DNA of 64,000 nucleotides from an uncultured Gammaproteobacteria bacterium (GTDB taxonomy: Bacteria; Pseudomonadota; Gammaproteobacteria; UBA9214). The notes below the pieces were generated by a model. That model was not told the origin of the DNA. It worked only from the letters and a program-made list of their open reading frames with translations, and ran no database searches. Below are positions 22,043-34,521 of this stretch, in pieces; the first letter of the stretch is position 1; the number at the start of each line of letters is the position of its first letter. The stretch is from NCBI GenBank assembly GCA_963701505.1, contig CAVOZZ010000004.1, positions 160,472 through 224,471 of the forward strand. The letters run 5' to 3'. The position numbers and the translations under genes were made by a program.

Positions 22043-23030
22043 ATGATATCCCCTGAACCTGTTGATTACTCCGGCTTGACACCGGATACCCTGCTGGACG
22101 CTGTAGACAGTTGCGGCTACCTCACGGATGGCCGCTTTCTTGCGCTCAACAGTTATGAGAACCGTGTCTACCAGGTCGGCATAGAAAACAGCACACCCGT
22201 CATTGCGAAATTCTACCGCCCGGGACGCTGGTCCACTGCAGCGCTCATGGAAGAACATGAATTTTCCCTGGCCCTGGCAGAACAGGAAATGCCGGTAATT
22301 GCACCACTGATTATCAACGAAACCTCACTGCATAGTTACAAGGGCTACCAGTTCGCCATGCTACCCTCGCCAGGGCGGCCATTGGCCTGAGTTGAACACA
22401 CGGGAACATCGCGAGTGGATGGGCAGTTTTATTGCACGCATACACCGGGTGGGAGCCTCAAAGAGATTTGTACATCGACCAACGCTGGACATCGACAGCT
22501 TCGGCTACCGGTCATACCGGTTTCTGCTTGCAGAGGGTTTTATCCCTGCCCATATTGAAATCGCCTACCGCACACTCGCGGAAGACCTGCTGCAGCGGAT
22601 AGAGGATATTTACAGCAGCGCCGGCAACATAAACACCCTACGGCTGCATGGCGATTGCCACCCGGGTAATATCTTATGGACAGAACAGGGGCCACATTTC
22701 GTTGACCTTGATGACTGCAGAACCGGGCCTGCCGTTCAGGATTTATGGATGCTGATCTCCGGTGACAGACATGCGATGCAGTCGCAATTGGCAGACATCA
22801 TTGAGGGCTATCTGCAATTTCGTGAATTTGATTACCGGGAACTGCAGTTAATTGAACCGTTACGTACCCTGCGAATCATGCACTATGCGGCCTGGCTGGC
22901 ACAACGCTGGGATGACCCGGCCTTCCCGCGGGCATTCCCATGGTTCAATACCCCACGCTACTGGGAAGAACACGTTCTTTCGCTGAGAGAACAGTCGAGT
23001 CTGCTGAACGAACCGGCGCTCGCCATCTAA
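22043..23030 (+). pseudogene. srkA: Stress-response Ser/Thr kinase SrkA (YihE/RdoA family), one frame break
   Basis: Colinear with my memory of E. coli SrkA: 'LNSYENRVYQV', 'KFYRPGRWS', 'LRLHGDCHPGNILW', 'FVDLDDCRTGPAVQDLWML', 'DDPAFPRAFPWF'. ORFs 22010-22390 and 22392-23030 join at about 22385, where 'ccattggcctgag' has one extra base. Confidence 0.85.
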
Positions 23031-23049
23031 ATACCGAAAGGAGTCATTT

Positions 23050-23404
23050 ATGGTTACCAGCATGGCCATTGCTACCGTCGCTGTACTGCATATCGTGTTC
23101 CTGATAATGGAAATGTTTCTCTGGACAAAACCGTCAGGACGCAGAATTTTTGGAATAACGCGTGAATTCGCGGAACAGACCAAAGTACTGGCGGCAAACC
23201 AGGGGCTCTACAACGGCTTTCTTGCCGCCGGTCTTCTATGGGGCCTGATTTTCCCGCCAGCCTTCAAACGAAATAACCGTGTTTTTTCTTGTCTGTATTG
23301 TCATGGCCGGTGTTTATGGTGCATTGACGGTAAAACCTGCGATTTTTTTTGTGCAGGCATTGCCTGCCGCCGTCGCGCTGTTACTTGTGCTGGAATCAGG
23401 CTGA
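23050..23404 (+). pseudogene. Small membrane protein (DUF1304-like), one frame break
   Basis: 'MEMFLWTKPSGRRIFGIT...ANQGLYNGFLAAGLLWGLI' is followed, in another frame, by 'VFFLVCIVMAGVYGALTVKPAIFFVQALPAAVALLLVLESG*' (TGA at 23402-23404). The switch lies in the T/C-run region at about 23250-23275. The family call is from memory. Confidence 0.6.
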
Positions 23405-26247
23405 GCGTACCGAGGCAACATCCTTCTCCCGCAGTGGTATCGGTTTGGATATCCCGTATCCCTGGGCATAATCAATGCCAATATCAGCAAGCTTTTCCAG
23501 TATCGTGTCGTTCTCTACGAATTCGGCGATCGTTTTAATGCCCGATGACACTTGCCAGTTGGTGAATAGAACTCACCATCGCGCTGTCAATCGCATCCGT
23601 ATCCATATTCCTCACAAAACTGCCGTCGATCTTTATGTAGTCAACGGGCAGGTTTTTCAGATAGGTAAATGAACTCAGGCCACTGCCAAAATCATCCAGT
23701 GCAAATCGACAGCCGAGGCGTTTCAATTCATGCATAAATTCGGTTGCTGCCTGAATATTGGCAATCGCCGCCGTCTCGGTAATCTCGAAACAAATGATAC
23801 CAGCTGGCACCTGGTAGCTCATTCATCTCGTTTTTTATATACTTCAGGAAGCCGCTATCCGTGACTGATGCACCTGAAAGGTTGATAGCCAGTGTATCCA
23901 GCCCGGTGTCATGCCGGCACTCATACAGTGTCTGGAATACCATGCAAAACTGTGGCTAACCACCCACCGATCGAGGCTGGTAATCAGATTGTAGCGCTCG
24001 GCAGCAGGCAGAAACCTGTCAGGGGATATAATATCACCATTCTCATCGAGCATCCGCACCAGCACTTCAAAGTGCTGACCGGCAGTATTATCCGGAATTA
24101 CCGGTACGATGTCCTGGCAGTAGAGCACCAGCCTGTCGGATTTAATCGCTTCAGTCAGCTTCGAGACCCACTGCATTTCACTGTGCCTGCGCGCAAGACT
24201 CTGGTCTTCTGGATGGTAAATATGAGACGATCCGCCGCCTGCATCTTTTGCCGCATGACAGGCCAGGTCGGCTTCAATCATCACTTCAGGCGCACTTCCA
24301 GTATCGGAATCGATCGCCGCCATCCCAATACTGGCCGTCACATCGAAAACACGATTACATCTTGAGAAATGTAAGTCCGCGAATAACGGAAAGCATTGAC
24401 TCAACCAGATCAACAGCACTAACCAGAGAACAGTTCTTCAGCAACACGCCGAATTCATCACCACCCAGTCGTGCGAGTACATCCGACTCGCGCAGGCATC
24501 CATGAATTAGACCGGTTATCTCACTGATCAGGGCATCGCCAGACTCATGTGAGCAGGTGTCATTAATAATTTTCAGCTGGTCAAGATCGATATAGCAGAG
24601 TACGTGATTTTCACTCGCATACAAGGCAGATTCGATTGAGTAGTTGAGTCGTTTCTCAAACTCAGTGCGATTAATCAGTCCTGTGAGGGCATCGTGGGTT
24701 GCCTGGAAGGAGATCTTCTGCTCCATTAGTCGCGCCTCTGTTACATCATGAATGACCAGTATGACACCCAGGGCAGAGCCGGTCTCAAACAGAATTGGCG
24801 AGGCTGAATATTGAACAGAAAGATGCTCTCCATCATGGCGCACCAGGCTTGCATCAGTTCCTGATGTTATTATTTCGCCATGGCGCAAACACTGTTTAAC
24901 AGGATCTTCAAGCGAAGCCCTGCTTTCTTCATCAAACAGGCAAAATATTCTCGATAGCGGCAAACCCTGGGCAATCCGGCTCTCCCAGCCCGTAAGTTGC
25001 TCCGCCCTCGGATTTAGATATTCGACCTGACCGTTGACATCGGTTGTGATCACAGCATCTGCAATCGAGTGCAAGGTCACCTGCGCACGTTCCCTTGCCT
25101 GCTCCAGATCAAACTCTGTCTGTTTGCGACTCGTTATATCGAGGATATAACCGGCATAATGTGTCAGCTCACCCGCCTCATTCTTCACCGGGATGCTATA
25201 ACTATAGACCCAGCGGACGTCACCATTCCTGCATACGATACGGTAATCGATACCGATATAGCTGGTACCATCCCCTTCGGATTGCAGTTCTGAATCAGCT
25301 ATTCTCTGGACATCGTTTGCATGCACGATATCCGCATACCTGGTTCTCTCCTCAATCAGTCGCTCGCTGTCGTATCCATAGTGGGAAATCGTTTCGGAGA
25401 TGTATTCGATAGGCCAGCCGTGATCCGCAGTGCAGCGGAATACGGTTACAGAACCTTTTGTAAAAAGTTTTCGCTCGCGCAGCAACTGCTCCTGTATCTT
25501 CAGCCGATTGTTCACTTCTGCCTGCAACGCGACATTAATATCTGCAGTCTCACGCAACAGCACATGGTTCTCCTCGCGGAGCTGCAGTGACTGAAGCACG
25601 CTCTTGTTATAGTTTCTTGCAATCACCAGCAGGACAGCGGCAAAAAGCATCAATAGCAACCCCATGTTATTGCTGATACTGCTGTTGTGCATCAGCATGG
25701 ATTGCGCAGGAATCAGGATCGCCGGCACCATGAAGGCAGTGTAGAAAGACAGTATCGCTGCATAGGATGAGATTGCACCGGCAAGTACACCTGCCATACT
25801 CATAAGGGTCAATGTCTGATATTCAACGGGCCATGAAAAACTAAACAACAAACCCAGACAACCCCAGATAACACCCGAGAGCAATGCTCCGAAAAAAAAC
25901 AGTATTGACCATCGGGGAGCTGCCAGCTGTTCTTTCTGCGCATGCTTGTACCTGTATACAAGTAGCAATCGCGCAGCGGTCAGAACAGACTGTGCACCCA
26001 GCCAAAGCAGGATTAGTTTATGGTCGACAACATTCCAGAGCCCCAGCGTTACAAATACAGACAGGATCATCGCCGTCACCATGGCAGCCGTTGCCTGCGT
26101 GTAGACAAGCTCTATCTGTTCATGCTCGAGTTCTGGTTCGAACACACTTACACCATGAATAAGAGCCTCATCGAGATCTGCACACTCGCTATCACCGTTA
26201 CCCTGACTGTGTCCCCTGCTACTCATACCGAATGACTCTGTATACAC
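23396..26247 (-). pseudogene. Membrane-anchored PAS-PAS-GGDEF-EAL protein, about 4 frame breaks
   Basis: ORF 24355-26247 has a multi-TM N-terminus, two PAS-like regions and a GGDEF domain ('ARLGGDEFGVLL'). The EAL domain is split over ORFs 23844-24419, 23728-23943 and 23535-23822 ('[11 protein letters not shown]', '[30 protein letters not shown]'), plus an unlisted tail '[34 protein letters not shown]...' that ends at the stop at 23396-23398. The switches are at about 24385, 23940, 23820 and 23535 (an extra G in GGG). Confidence 0.85.
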
Positions 26248-26481
26248 CGTTTTTGCGCTGCCTAACTGCTTGCAGAACCTGGAAAAAATGAAACTCTTGC
26301 AAGAAAGATATCGGACAGGAGCGGGGTAAATTTAGACCGTGTATATATTCGGCAAGCATCAGGACAGGTCTCATGAGCCTGCAAAAGATAAATTCTAACT
26401 AATTGTATTATATGCTATTTAATCAGCATAATCCTGGCACGAGGAAAAACTGACAGCCCAGGCCATGACCTGGCAGGTTCA

Positions 26482-26998
26482 TTACTGTTTTTTCTTGTGA
26501 TCCGCCCCGGGCTTTTCGGGAAAATCAGCAAACGTATCGGTAACGCGTTTTGAGGAGTATAGATAGACGATAATTGCGACTGCCACGGCGAGCTGCACCC
26601 AGCCGTAGGCATTTATCGAATGTGTAATGTTGGCAATAAAAGGGATGAAGATAACAACAATGTTCATTACCGCTGCTGCAGTCAACAAGTGCCTGCCATT
26701 TTGCCACAGTGTTTGTACAAATTCAGATGCACCCGGCTTCCTTTTGGCATAGGCAAGACATCAGCAGCAGTACTGGTATACTCGCGACAAAGGCGAGAAA
26801 GAATCCAAAGTCGTCCGGATAAACCAGATTTTTTAAAACACTGACACTTTCGGATTTCACACCACCCCGTCCCATCTGGATAGTAGATACCTTGAGTATA
26901 AACGGGCGCAGGAAATACACGATGACCAGCCACAAGGTTGAGTCCAGTTTCAGACTCATATATTTGTCATAGGCAGAAAAAGGATAAACCCTCGACAT
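26482..26998 (-). pseudogene. Small integral membrane protein, function unknown, probably one frame break
   Basis: The N-terminal part 'MSRVYPFSAYDKYMSLKLDSTLWLVIVYFLRPFILK...' (within ORF 26723-27064) and the C-terminal part '...NIVVIFIPFIANITHSINAYGWVQLAVAVAIIVYLY...' (ORF 26482-26688) are collinear hydrophobic pieces on the same strand. The junction at about 26700-26730 is inferred only. Confidence 0.4.
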
Positions 26999-27085
26999 GC
27001 CAACCTCATCCGAAAGATATACGCCGGCACTGTGACAACGGCCGCAGGCATATATATCTAACACTTACGGGGCGATTATTCCAAT

Positions 27086-27110
27086 AAAAAAGGCGGCCGT
27101 AGCCGCCTTT
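27086..27110 (-). terminator. Rho-independent terminator downstream of fba
   Basis: The stem AGGCGGC (27091-27097) pairs with GCCGCCT (27102-27108) around the loop CGTA. On the minus strand it is followed by a U-run (the complement of A27086-27090). It lies 21 nt after the fba stop. Confidence 0.75.
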
Positions 27111-27130
27111 CGTGATCATGACGATACCGG

Positions 27131-28195
27131 CTAGTTTACGGTAGGATCAAGCTCGCCACTTTCATAGCGTTTGTACATCTCTTCCAGGCTGATCACCTTG
27201 ATCTTCGACGCGTTGCCGGCCGTTCCAAACGCCTCGTAACGTGCCTTGCAGATTCCACGCATACCGTCTGTAGCGGCTCTCAGATACTTGCGCGGATCGA
27301 AATTTGAAGGATGATCATGCATGTGCTTGCGTATGGCACCGGTAGACGCCATACGCAGGTCGGTGTCGATATTAACCTTGCGTACACCGTGCTTGATACC
27401 TTCCTGGATTTCCTCGACCGGTACACCGTAGGTCTCGCCCATGTCACCACCGTGCTGGTTGATTATCGCCAGCCAGTCCTGGGGCACAGAAGATGAACCA
27501 TGCATGACAAGATGGGTATCCGGGATGCGGGCGTGAATCTCCTTGATCCGGTTTATCGCAAGAATTTCACCAGTCGGTGGACGGGTAAACTTGTAGGCAC
27601 CGTGACTGGTACCGATGGCAATTGCCAGCGCATCGCACTTGGTATCTTCAACAAACCGGGCAGCCTCTTCCGGGTCTGTAAGCAGCTGGTCATGAGACAG
27701 CACACCGTCAGCACCGGAGCCGTCCTCTTCACCGGCCATTCCGGTTTCAAGTGATCCCAGACAACCCAGCTCACCTTCAACGGAAACACCACAGGCATGC
27801 GCCATGGCAACCGTCCTGCTGGTGACATCAACATTGTACTCATAACTCATCGGCGTCTTCATGTCCGGACCCAGGGAGCCATCCATCATGACCGAACTGA
27901 ACCCCAGTTGTATGGAGCGCTGGCAGACTGATGGTGATGCACCGTGATCCTGATGCACACAGACGGGAATATGCGGCCACTGTTCAATTGCTGCCTGAAT
28001 CAGGTGGCGCAGGAACGGAGCCCCCGCATAGGAACGAGCACCGGCCGATGCCTGGCAGATAACCGGGCTGTCTGTTTCATCGGCTGCCTCCATGATGGCA
28101 TGCATCTGTTCCATATTGTTAACGTTATAGGCCGGGACACCGTAGCCGTGTTCGGCAGCGTGATCCAGCAGTTGGCGTAAGGATATAATGGCCAT
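27131..28195 (-). CDS. fba: Fructose-bisphosphate aldolase, class II (354-aa CbbA/Fba type)
   Basis: '[53 protein letters not shown]...HQDHG...SSVMMDGS' is near-colinear with the class II aldolases I remember from Pseudomonas and autotrophs. The ORF is intact. Confidence 0.95.
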   Translation of the reverse strand: MAIISLRQLLDHAAEHGYGVPAYNVNNMEQMHAIMEAADETDSPVICQASAGARSYAGAPFLRHLIQAAIEQWPHIPVCVHQDHGASPSVCQRSIQLGFSSVMMDGSLGPDMKTPMSYEYNVDVTSRTVAMAHACGVSVEGELGCLGSLETGMAGEEDGSGADGVLSHDQLLTDPEEAARFVEDTKCDALAIAIGTSHGAYKFTRPPTGEILAINRIKEIHARIPDTHLVMHGSSSVPQDWLAIINQHGGDMGETYGVPVEEIQEGIKHGVRKVNIDTDLRMASTGAIRKHMHDHPSNFDPRKYLRAATDGMRGICKARYEAFGTAGNASKIKVISLEEMYKRYESGELDPTVN

Positions 28196-28212
28196 TGTCT
28201 TCTCCTAAAATT

Positions 28213-28246
28213 CTACAGGTTAGTCGTTCACTACAGGTTACAGGTA
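28213..28246. repeat. Direct repeats CTACAGGTTA x2 (+ ACAGGT) in the fba 5' leader
   Basis: CTACAGGTTA lies at 28213-28222 and 28231-28240, and ACAGGT lies again at 28240-28245. On the transcribed (minus) strand these sit 18-50 nt upstream of the fba ATG (28195). The SD is the complement of 28201-28206. Confidence 0.55.
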
Positions 28247-28303
28247 TTCAGGCTCCAGGAGCCACTTCGGGCTTGGCCTTTCGTGGCACATACCCGCCAG
28301 ATA

Positions 28304-29749
28304 CTATTGCTCCATTATTTCGTGTTCACCGACACGTATAATCTTCATGGCATTGGTGCCGCCATGTACCCCCATTAAATCACCCTTGGTGATAATCACC
28401 AGGTCTCCGTCCCGCACTGCACCTCGCCGCATGAGTTCATCAATAGCCTCTTTATTGACGGTTGCATGATCCGGCGTTGTCACATCAAAACTTACCGGAT
28501 AAACACCGCGATAAAGGGTCACCTTTCTGCGTGTCTCGACATGACGGGTCATGGCAAATATGGGTATACCGGAACTGATCCGGGACATCCACAAGGCGGT
28601 TGCGCCTGACTCGGTCAAGGCAGCTATAGCCTTCACGCCAAGACTGTTTGCAGTATAGATTGCAGCCTTTGCGATGGCCTCATCGGCCCGTTTGAAACGT
28701 ATGTTAATGCGTCGTTCCGTCGCCGAGCTGATACGCTGCCGTTCTGCTCCGGCACATATGCGGTCCATCGCTTCAATCACCTTGGCCGGATAACGACCCG
28801 CCGCTGTTTCCGCTGACAGCATCACAGCGTCGGTGCCATCAATAACAGCATTAGCCACATCAAACACTTCAGCACGTGTCGGAATCGGGTTTTCAATCAT
28901 GGACTGCATCATCTGCGTAGCGGTTATCACAACCCGATCATGTGAGCGGGCCACCTTGATGATATTCTTTTGCACGGCCGGCAATTCAGCATCACCAATC
29001 TCAACCCCCAGATCACCGCGCGCGATCATTACGGCATCTGCAGCTTCTATAATCTCTTCAAGCGCATCAAGGGCCTCTGCGCGTTCGATCTTGGCAACAA
29101 TACAACCATGCCCGCCAGCCGAGCGCAGCAGTTCACGTGCCACGTGAATATCATCCGCACAGCGTGGAAATGAAATAGCCACGTAGTCTGCCTTCATTGC
29201 AGCAGCGACCAGGATATCCCGCGGTCTTTTTCTGTAAGCGATGCAGCGGTCAGCCCGCCACCGAGACGATTGATTCCCTTGTTGTTGGTCAGCCGTCCAC
29301 CGACAACGACCCGGCAACGAACCTCGCTACCTTGTACCTCCTCAACCCAGAGCACCAGCAAGCCATCGTCAAGGAGCAAGGTATCACCACGGGAAACGTC
29401 CTCGTGCAGGTTCTTGTAGGTAACCCCAACCCTTTCCCGGTTACCTGCATCCGCATCCAGTGCTGTATCAAGGATGAAGTTATCATTCACCTCCAGATGG
29501 ATCATATCCTCCTTGAAACGACTCGATGCGAATCTTCGGGCCCTGCAGATCAGCCAGCACACCGACCTGATGTCCGTGTGCGCGAGCACGGTTACGTACA
29601 TTTTCTGCCCGTTTGATGTGATCTTCGTGAGTGCCGTGCGAAAAATTCACTCTGACAACATCCATGCCTGCCTGGATCATCTCATCCAGAACATGCTTGG
29701 CATCCGTGGCCGGACCAAGGGTGGCGACAATTTTTGTTCGTCTTGGCAT
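28304..29749 (-). pseudogene. pykA: Pyruvate kinase (PykA-like), 2 frame breaks
   Basis: 'MPRRTKIVATLGPATD...VVRVNFSHG...LADLQGPKIRI' is in ORF 29483-29749. '...LLLDDGLL...NNKGINRLGGGLTAASLTEKD' is in ORF 29194-29601. 'ADYVAISFPR...IVAKIERAEA...MIARGDLGVEI...ITATQMMQSM...PTRAEVFDVANAV.DGTDAVMLSAETA' is in ORF 28304-29317. The switches are at about 29524 and about 29222. Confidence 0.9.
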
Positions 29750-29797
29750 AAGCTCAGCTTGATATTATTCTCGAAGCATGCCGCATGAACTGGCATG

Positions 29798-30977
29798 CTA
29801 TTTTGCCCGCTCTTCCAGCATGGCTACCGCCGGAAGTTTCTTGCCTTCCAGGAACTCCAGGAAAGCGCCGCCGCCAGTGGAAATATAGGATACCTTGTCC
29901 GCAATGCCGTATTTGTCAACGGCAGCCAGCGTATCGCCACCGCCGGCAATCGAGAATGCGTCGGATGCAGCGATCGCCATACCCAGGGTTCTTCGTGCCT
30001 TCGCCGAACTGGTCAAATTCGAATACGCCCACCGGTCCATTCCAGACGATGGTTCCTGCACTCTTCATCATCTCGGCAAATTTGGCGGCCGTTTCCGGTC
30101 CGATATCGAAGATCATGTCGTCATCCGCGACATCCTCGACCTTTTTGACAATCGCCTCGGCAGACTCGGAAAATTCCTTGCCGACAACAACATCCGTTGG
30201 TACCGGAATGTCACCACCCTTTGCACGAGCCGCCTCCATCAGGCGCTTTGCCTCGGGAATCAGGTCTTCTTCAACGAGTGATTTACCAACATTGTAGCCA
30301 CAGGCTGCAATAAAGGTATTGGCAATACCACCGCCCGGGATCAACTGGTCAACGACCCCAGACAGTGATTCGAGTACTGTCAACTTTGTGGAAACCTTGG
30401 ATCCACCAACGATGGCTGCCATCGGTCGGGCAGGATTGTCCAGCGCCTTGCCAAGTGCCTCCAGCTCGCCGGCCAGTAATGGCCCGGCACATGCTTGAGG
30501 TGCATACTGACCGGCACCGTGTGTCGAGGCCTGTGCACGGTGTGCTGTGCCGAATGCATCCATCACGTAGATGTCGCACAAGGATGCATATTTTCTGGAA
30601 AGGCTCTCTTCGTTCCCCTTTTCGCCCTTGTTGAAACGGACGTTTTCCAGCAACACAACGTCACCATCATGCAGTTCCGGAGCCTGATCCAGGTAGTTAT
30701 CGACAAGTCTTACCTCTTTACCCAGCAAGCCGGATAAATGTTCGGCAACCGGGCGCAGGGAAAATTCATCGGCATACTCGCCTTCGGTCGGGCGCCCGAG
30801 GTGTGACATCAGCATCACCCGCGCTCCTGCTTTTATTGCAAATTCGATGGTAGGCAAACTCGCACGGATGCGCTTGTCACTGGTAACCTTGCCATCCTTG
30901 ATCGGGACATTCAGATCCTGACGTATCAGGATGCGTTTACCGGACAGGTCAAGATCGGTCATCTTGAGTACAGACAT
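29798..30977 (-). pseudogene. pgk: Phosphoglycerate kinase, one frame break
   Basis: '[44 protein letters not shown]...MSHLGRP' runs through '...[18 protein letters not shown]' (ORF 29916-31058). '[29 protein letters not shown]...[14 protein letters not shown]' follows in ORF 29798-30061. The switch is at about 29992. Confidence 0.9.
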
Positions 30978-31082
30978 TGACGACTCCAAAATTTCGTTAA
31001 GAATAATTTGACAATCGGGTAGCTCAATAATTATCCCGGTGGCAGCAGCATTACACACGCTGCCACCGGGCTTGAGTCCTGC

Positions 31083-32082
<1,000 letters not shown>

Positions 32083-32163
32083 CATTTATCTCCTTACAGT
32101 TTGTATAAAAAATTTACCAGCCCGTCGAGTACCCCGGGAAGCATGAATTTCAGGTAGCTAGAC

Positions 32164-34153
32164 TCAGGCAACGCTGTTCACTGCCTTGACAACATTATCA
32201 ACCGTGAAGCCGAAGTATTCGAACAGCTGCCCCGCCGGGGCAGATTCACCAAAGCGGTCGATGCCAACCACAGCGCCGTTCAAGCCAACATATTTGTACC
32301 AGCCGCCTGTAACCGCTGCTTCCACCGCAACGCGTGCCGTTACGCTAGCCGGCAGCACAGCTTCCCGGTAAGCCGCGTCCTGTGCATCAAACAAAGTGGT
32401 TGACGGCATGGACACAACGCGAACCTTCTTGTCAGCAAGCTGCTCGGCCGCACCCATGGCCAGTGCCACTTCGGAACCGGTTGCAATGATGATGACGTCT
32501 GGCGTGCCGCTGCAATCCTTAAGGATGTAGCCACCCTTGCGAATATTGGCGATCTGCTCCGCCGTACGTTTCTGGTGCGGCAGGCCCTGGCGAGAAAATA
32601 TCAGGCAGGTAGGTCCGTCCTGCTGCTCAATGGCAGCCTGCCAGGCAACAGCGCTCTCAACCGTGTCACACGGCCTCCAGACGCTCATACCCGGTATCAT
32701 GCGCAGGGTAGGAATCTGCTCGATGGCCTGATGAGTGGGGCCGTCTTCACCCAGGCCAATGGAGTCATGGGTGTAGACAAAGATACTCCTGCACCTTCAT
32801 CAACGCGGCCATGCGCAGTGCGTTGCGCGCATACTCGGAGAACATGAGGAAAGTAGCGCCAAAGGGAATAAAACCCCCATGTAATGCAATGCCGTTCATG
32901 ATGGCTGACATTCCAAACTCACGCACCCCGTAGTTGACATAGTTGCTGTCAGGGGTACTGGCACGCATCGGCTTGTGACCCGACCACTCTGTCAGGTTGG
33001 AGCAACCCAGATCAGCCGAACCGCCAAAGATCTCCGGCAACAATGGTGCATACCCTTCAATCGACTTCAGCGAGGCCTGACGTGTTGCCAGTGACTCTCC
33101 TTTTTCATCCACGGACTTGACGAATGCAGCCGCCTTGGCCGCCCAGTCGGATGGCAGCTCACCGGCCATGCGGCGCTCGTATTCAGCGGCCAGTTCCGGA
33201 TAATCCGCCTTGTAACTGCTGAATTTATCATTCCATTCCGCTTCTGCTCGCTGCCCCTTGTTGCTTGCATCCCAGCCATTGTAAATATCCTCGGGAATGA
33301 CAAAAGGCTCATACTTCCATCCCAGCTCCTTGCGCGTCAGCGCGACCTCGTCGTCACCGAGGGGTGCACCGTGACAGTTATGAGTACCTGCCTTATTGGG
33401 TGAGCCGTAGCCAATGGTTGTCTTGCAACAGATCATGCTGGGCTTGTCCGTGACTTCTTTTGCTTCAATAATTGCCTTCTCTATCGCTGCCGAATCATGT
33501 CCGTCTACAGCGGCGATGACGTGCCAGCCATAGGCCTGGAATCGTGCGGGTGTATCATCCGTGAACCAGCCTTCAACATGGCCGTCAATGGAGATGCCGT
33601 TGTCATCCCAGAAGGCAATCAGCTTGCCCAGACCCAAAGTGCCTGCCAGTGAGCAGGCCTCGTGCGAGATACCCTCCATCAGGCAACCATCACCGAGGAA
33701 CACGTAGGTGTTGTGATTCACGATATCGTGGCCATCACGGTTGAATTCAGCGGCCAGCGAACGCTCGGCTATGGCCATACCAACGGCATTGGTAATACCC
33801 TGACCCAGCGGACCCGTTGTAGTCTCCACCCCTGGCGCATATCCATACTCAGGGTGGCCTGGCGTTTTTGAATGCAGCTGACGAAAATTCTTCAGGTCAT
33901 CGATACTCAACTCGTAGCCGGTAAGATGCAGCAGCGAGTAAATGAGCATTGAGCCATGACCGTTGGAAAGAATAAAACGGTCGCGGTCTGACCATTTCGG
34001 GTTGCCCGGATTATGTTTCAGGTGATTGTTCCACAAGACCTCGGCTATATCCGCCATTCCCATTGGTGCACCGGGGTGGCCGGAATTTGCCTTCTGCACG
34101 GCATCCATGCTGAGCGCACGGATGGCATTGGCGAGTTCTCTCCGCTGAGCCAT
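32164..34153 (-). pseudogene. tkt: Transketolase, one frame break
   Basis: '[34 protein letters not shown]...[16 protein letters not shown]...GPLGQGI' is in ORF 32765-34153. '[40 protein letters not shown]...' is in the frame of ORF 32164-32700. The switch is at about 32790. Confidence 0.9.
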
Positions 34154-34194
34154 GTTGTTCTCCTGTTCTGATTTTGAATTCTGTAAATTTTAAC

Positions 34195-34213
34195 GTCGCC
34201 ACACTGTGGCGAC
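34195..34213. promoter_or_regulatory. Perfect 19-nt palindrome GTCGCCACA-C-TGTGGCGAC upstream of tkt (candidate operator or leader hairpin)
   Basis: Every position 34195-34203 pairs with 34213-34205. It lies 42-60 nt upstream of the tkt ATG (34153) on the transcribed strand. Its function is not established. Confidence 0.35.
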
Positions 34214-34278
34214 ACCGGGGTTCCAATAGAATCCGCATTGATGTGCTCTCGCAACAAATTAATTTCTGTTACGGCGAC

Positions 34279-34316
34279 AAAAAAAGCCTGCAGCGCACCT
34301 TTGTTAGCACTGAGGC
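34279..34316 (-). terminator. Candidate Rho-independent terminator about 200 nt downstream of the redoxin gene
   Basis: On the minus-strand RNA, GCCUCAGUGC (complement of 34307-34316) pairs with GCGCUG(C)AGGC (complement of 34286-34296). That gives 10 bp with one bulge and one G-U. A run of 7 U follows (complement of A34279-34285). Confidence 0.55.
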
Positions 34317-34521
34317 ATCCACATCAATTTAAAGAGTCAGCAAGACGTACAAATAACTGCGGTTGCCAAGCTGGCCATCGTCTCCGGTAGCAAGGCGCGC
34401 TATTTTCCACTAGTTTGCTTCCTACGGCAATAGCACGGATGGGGGTGGGTGCGCGTCAACAACCCAACGCTTTATTGCTCTATAACAATAACTTATCGGC
34501 GATCCGGATATCTTGCTCCAG

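Noticed and set aside
26248-27064. AT-rich stretch with a small membrane-protein gene as a possible horizontally acquired islet
   Set aside because: There are no flanking repeats, tRNA, integrase or mobility genes. The lower GC content by eye is confined to an intergenic region plus one hydrophobic ORF. The evidence is insufficient.
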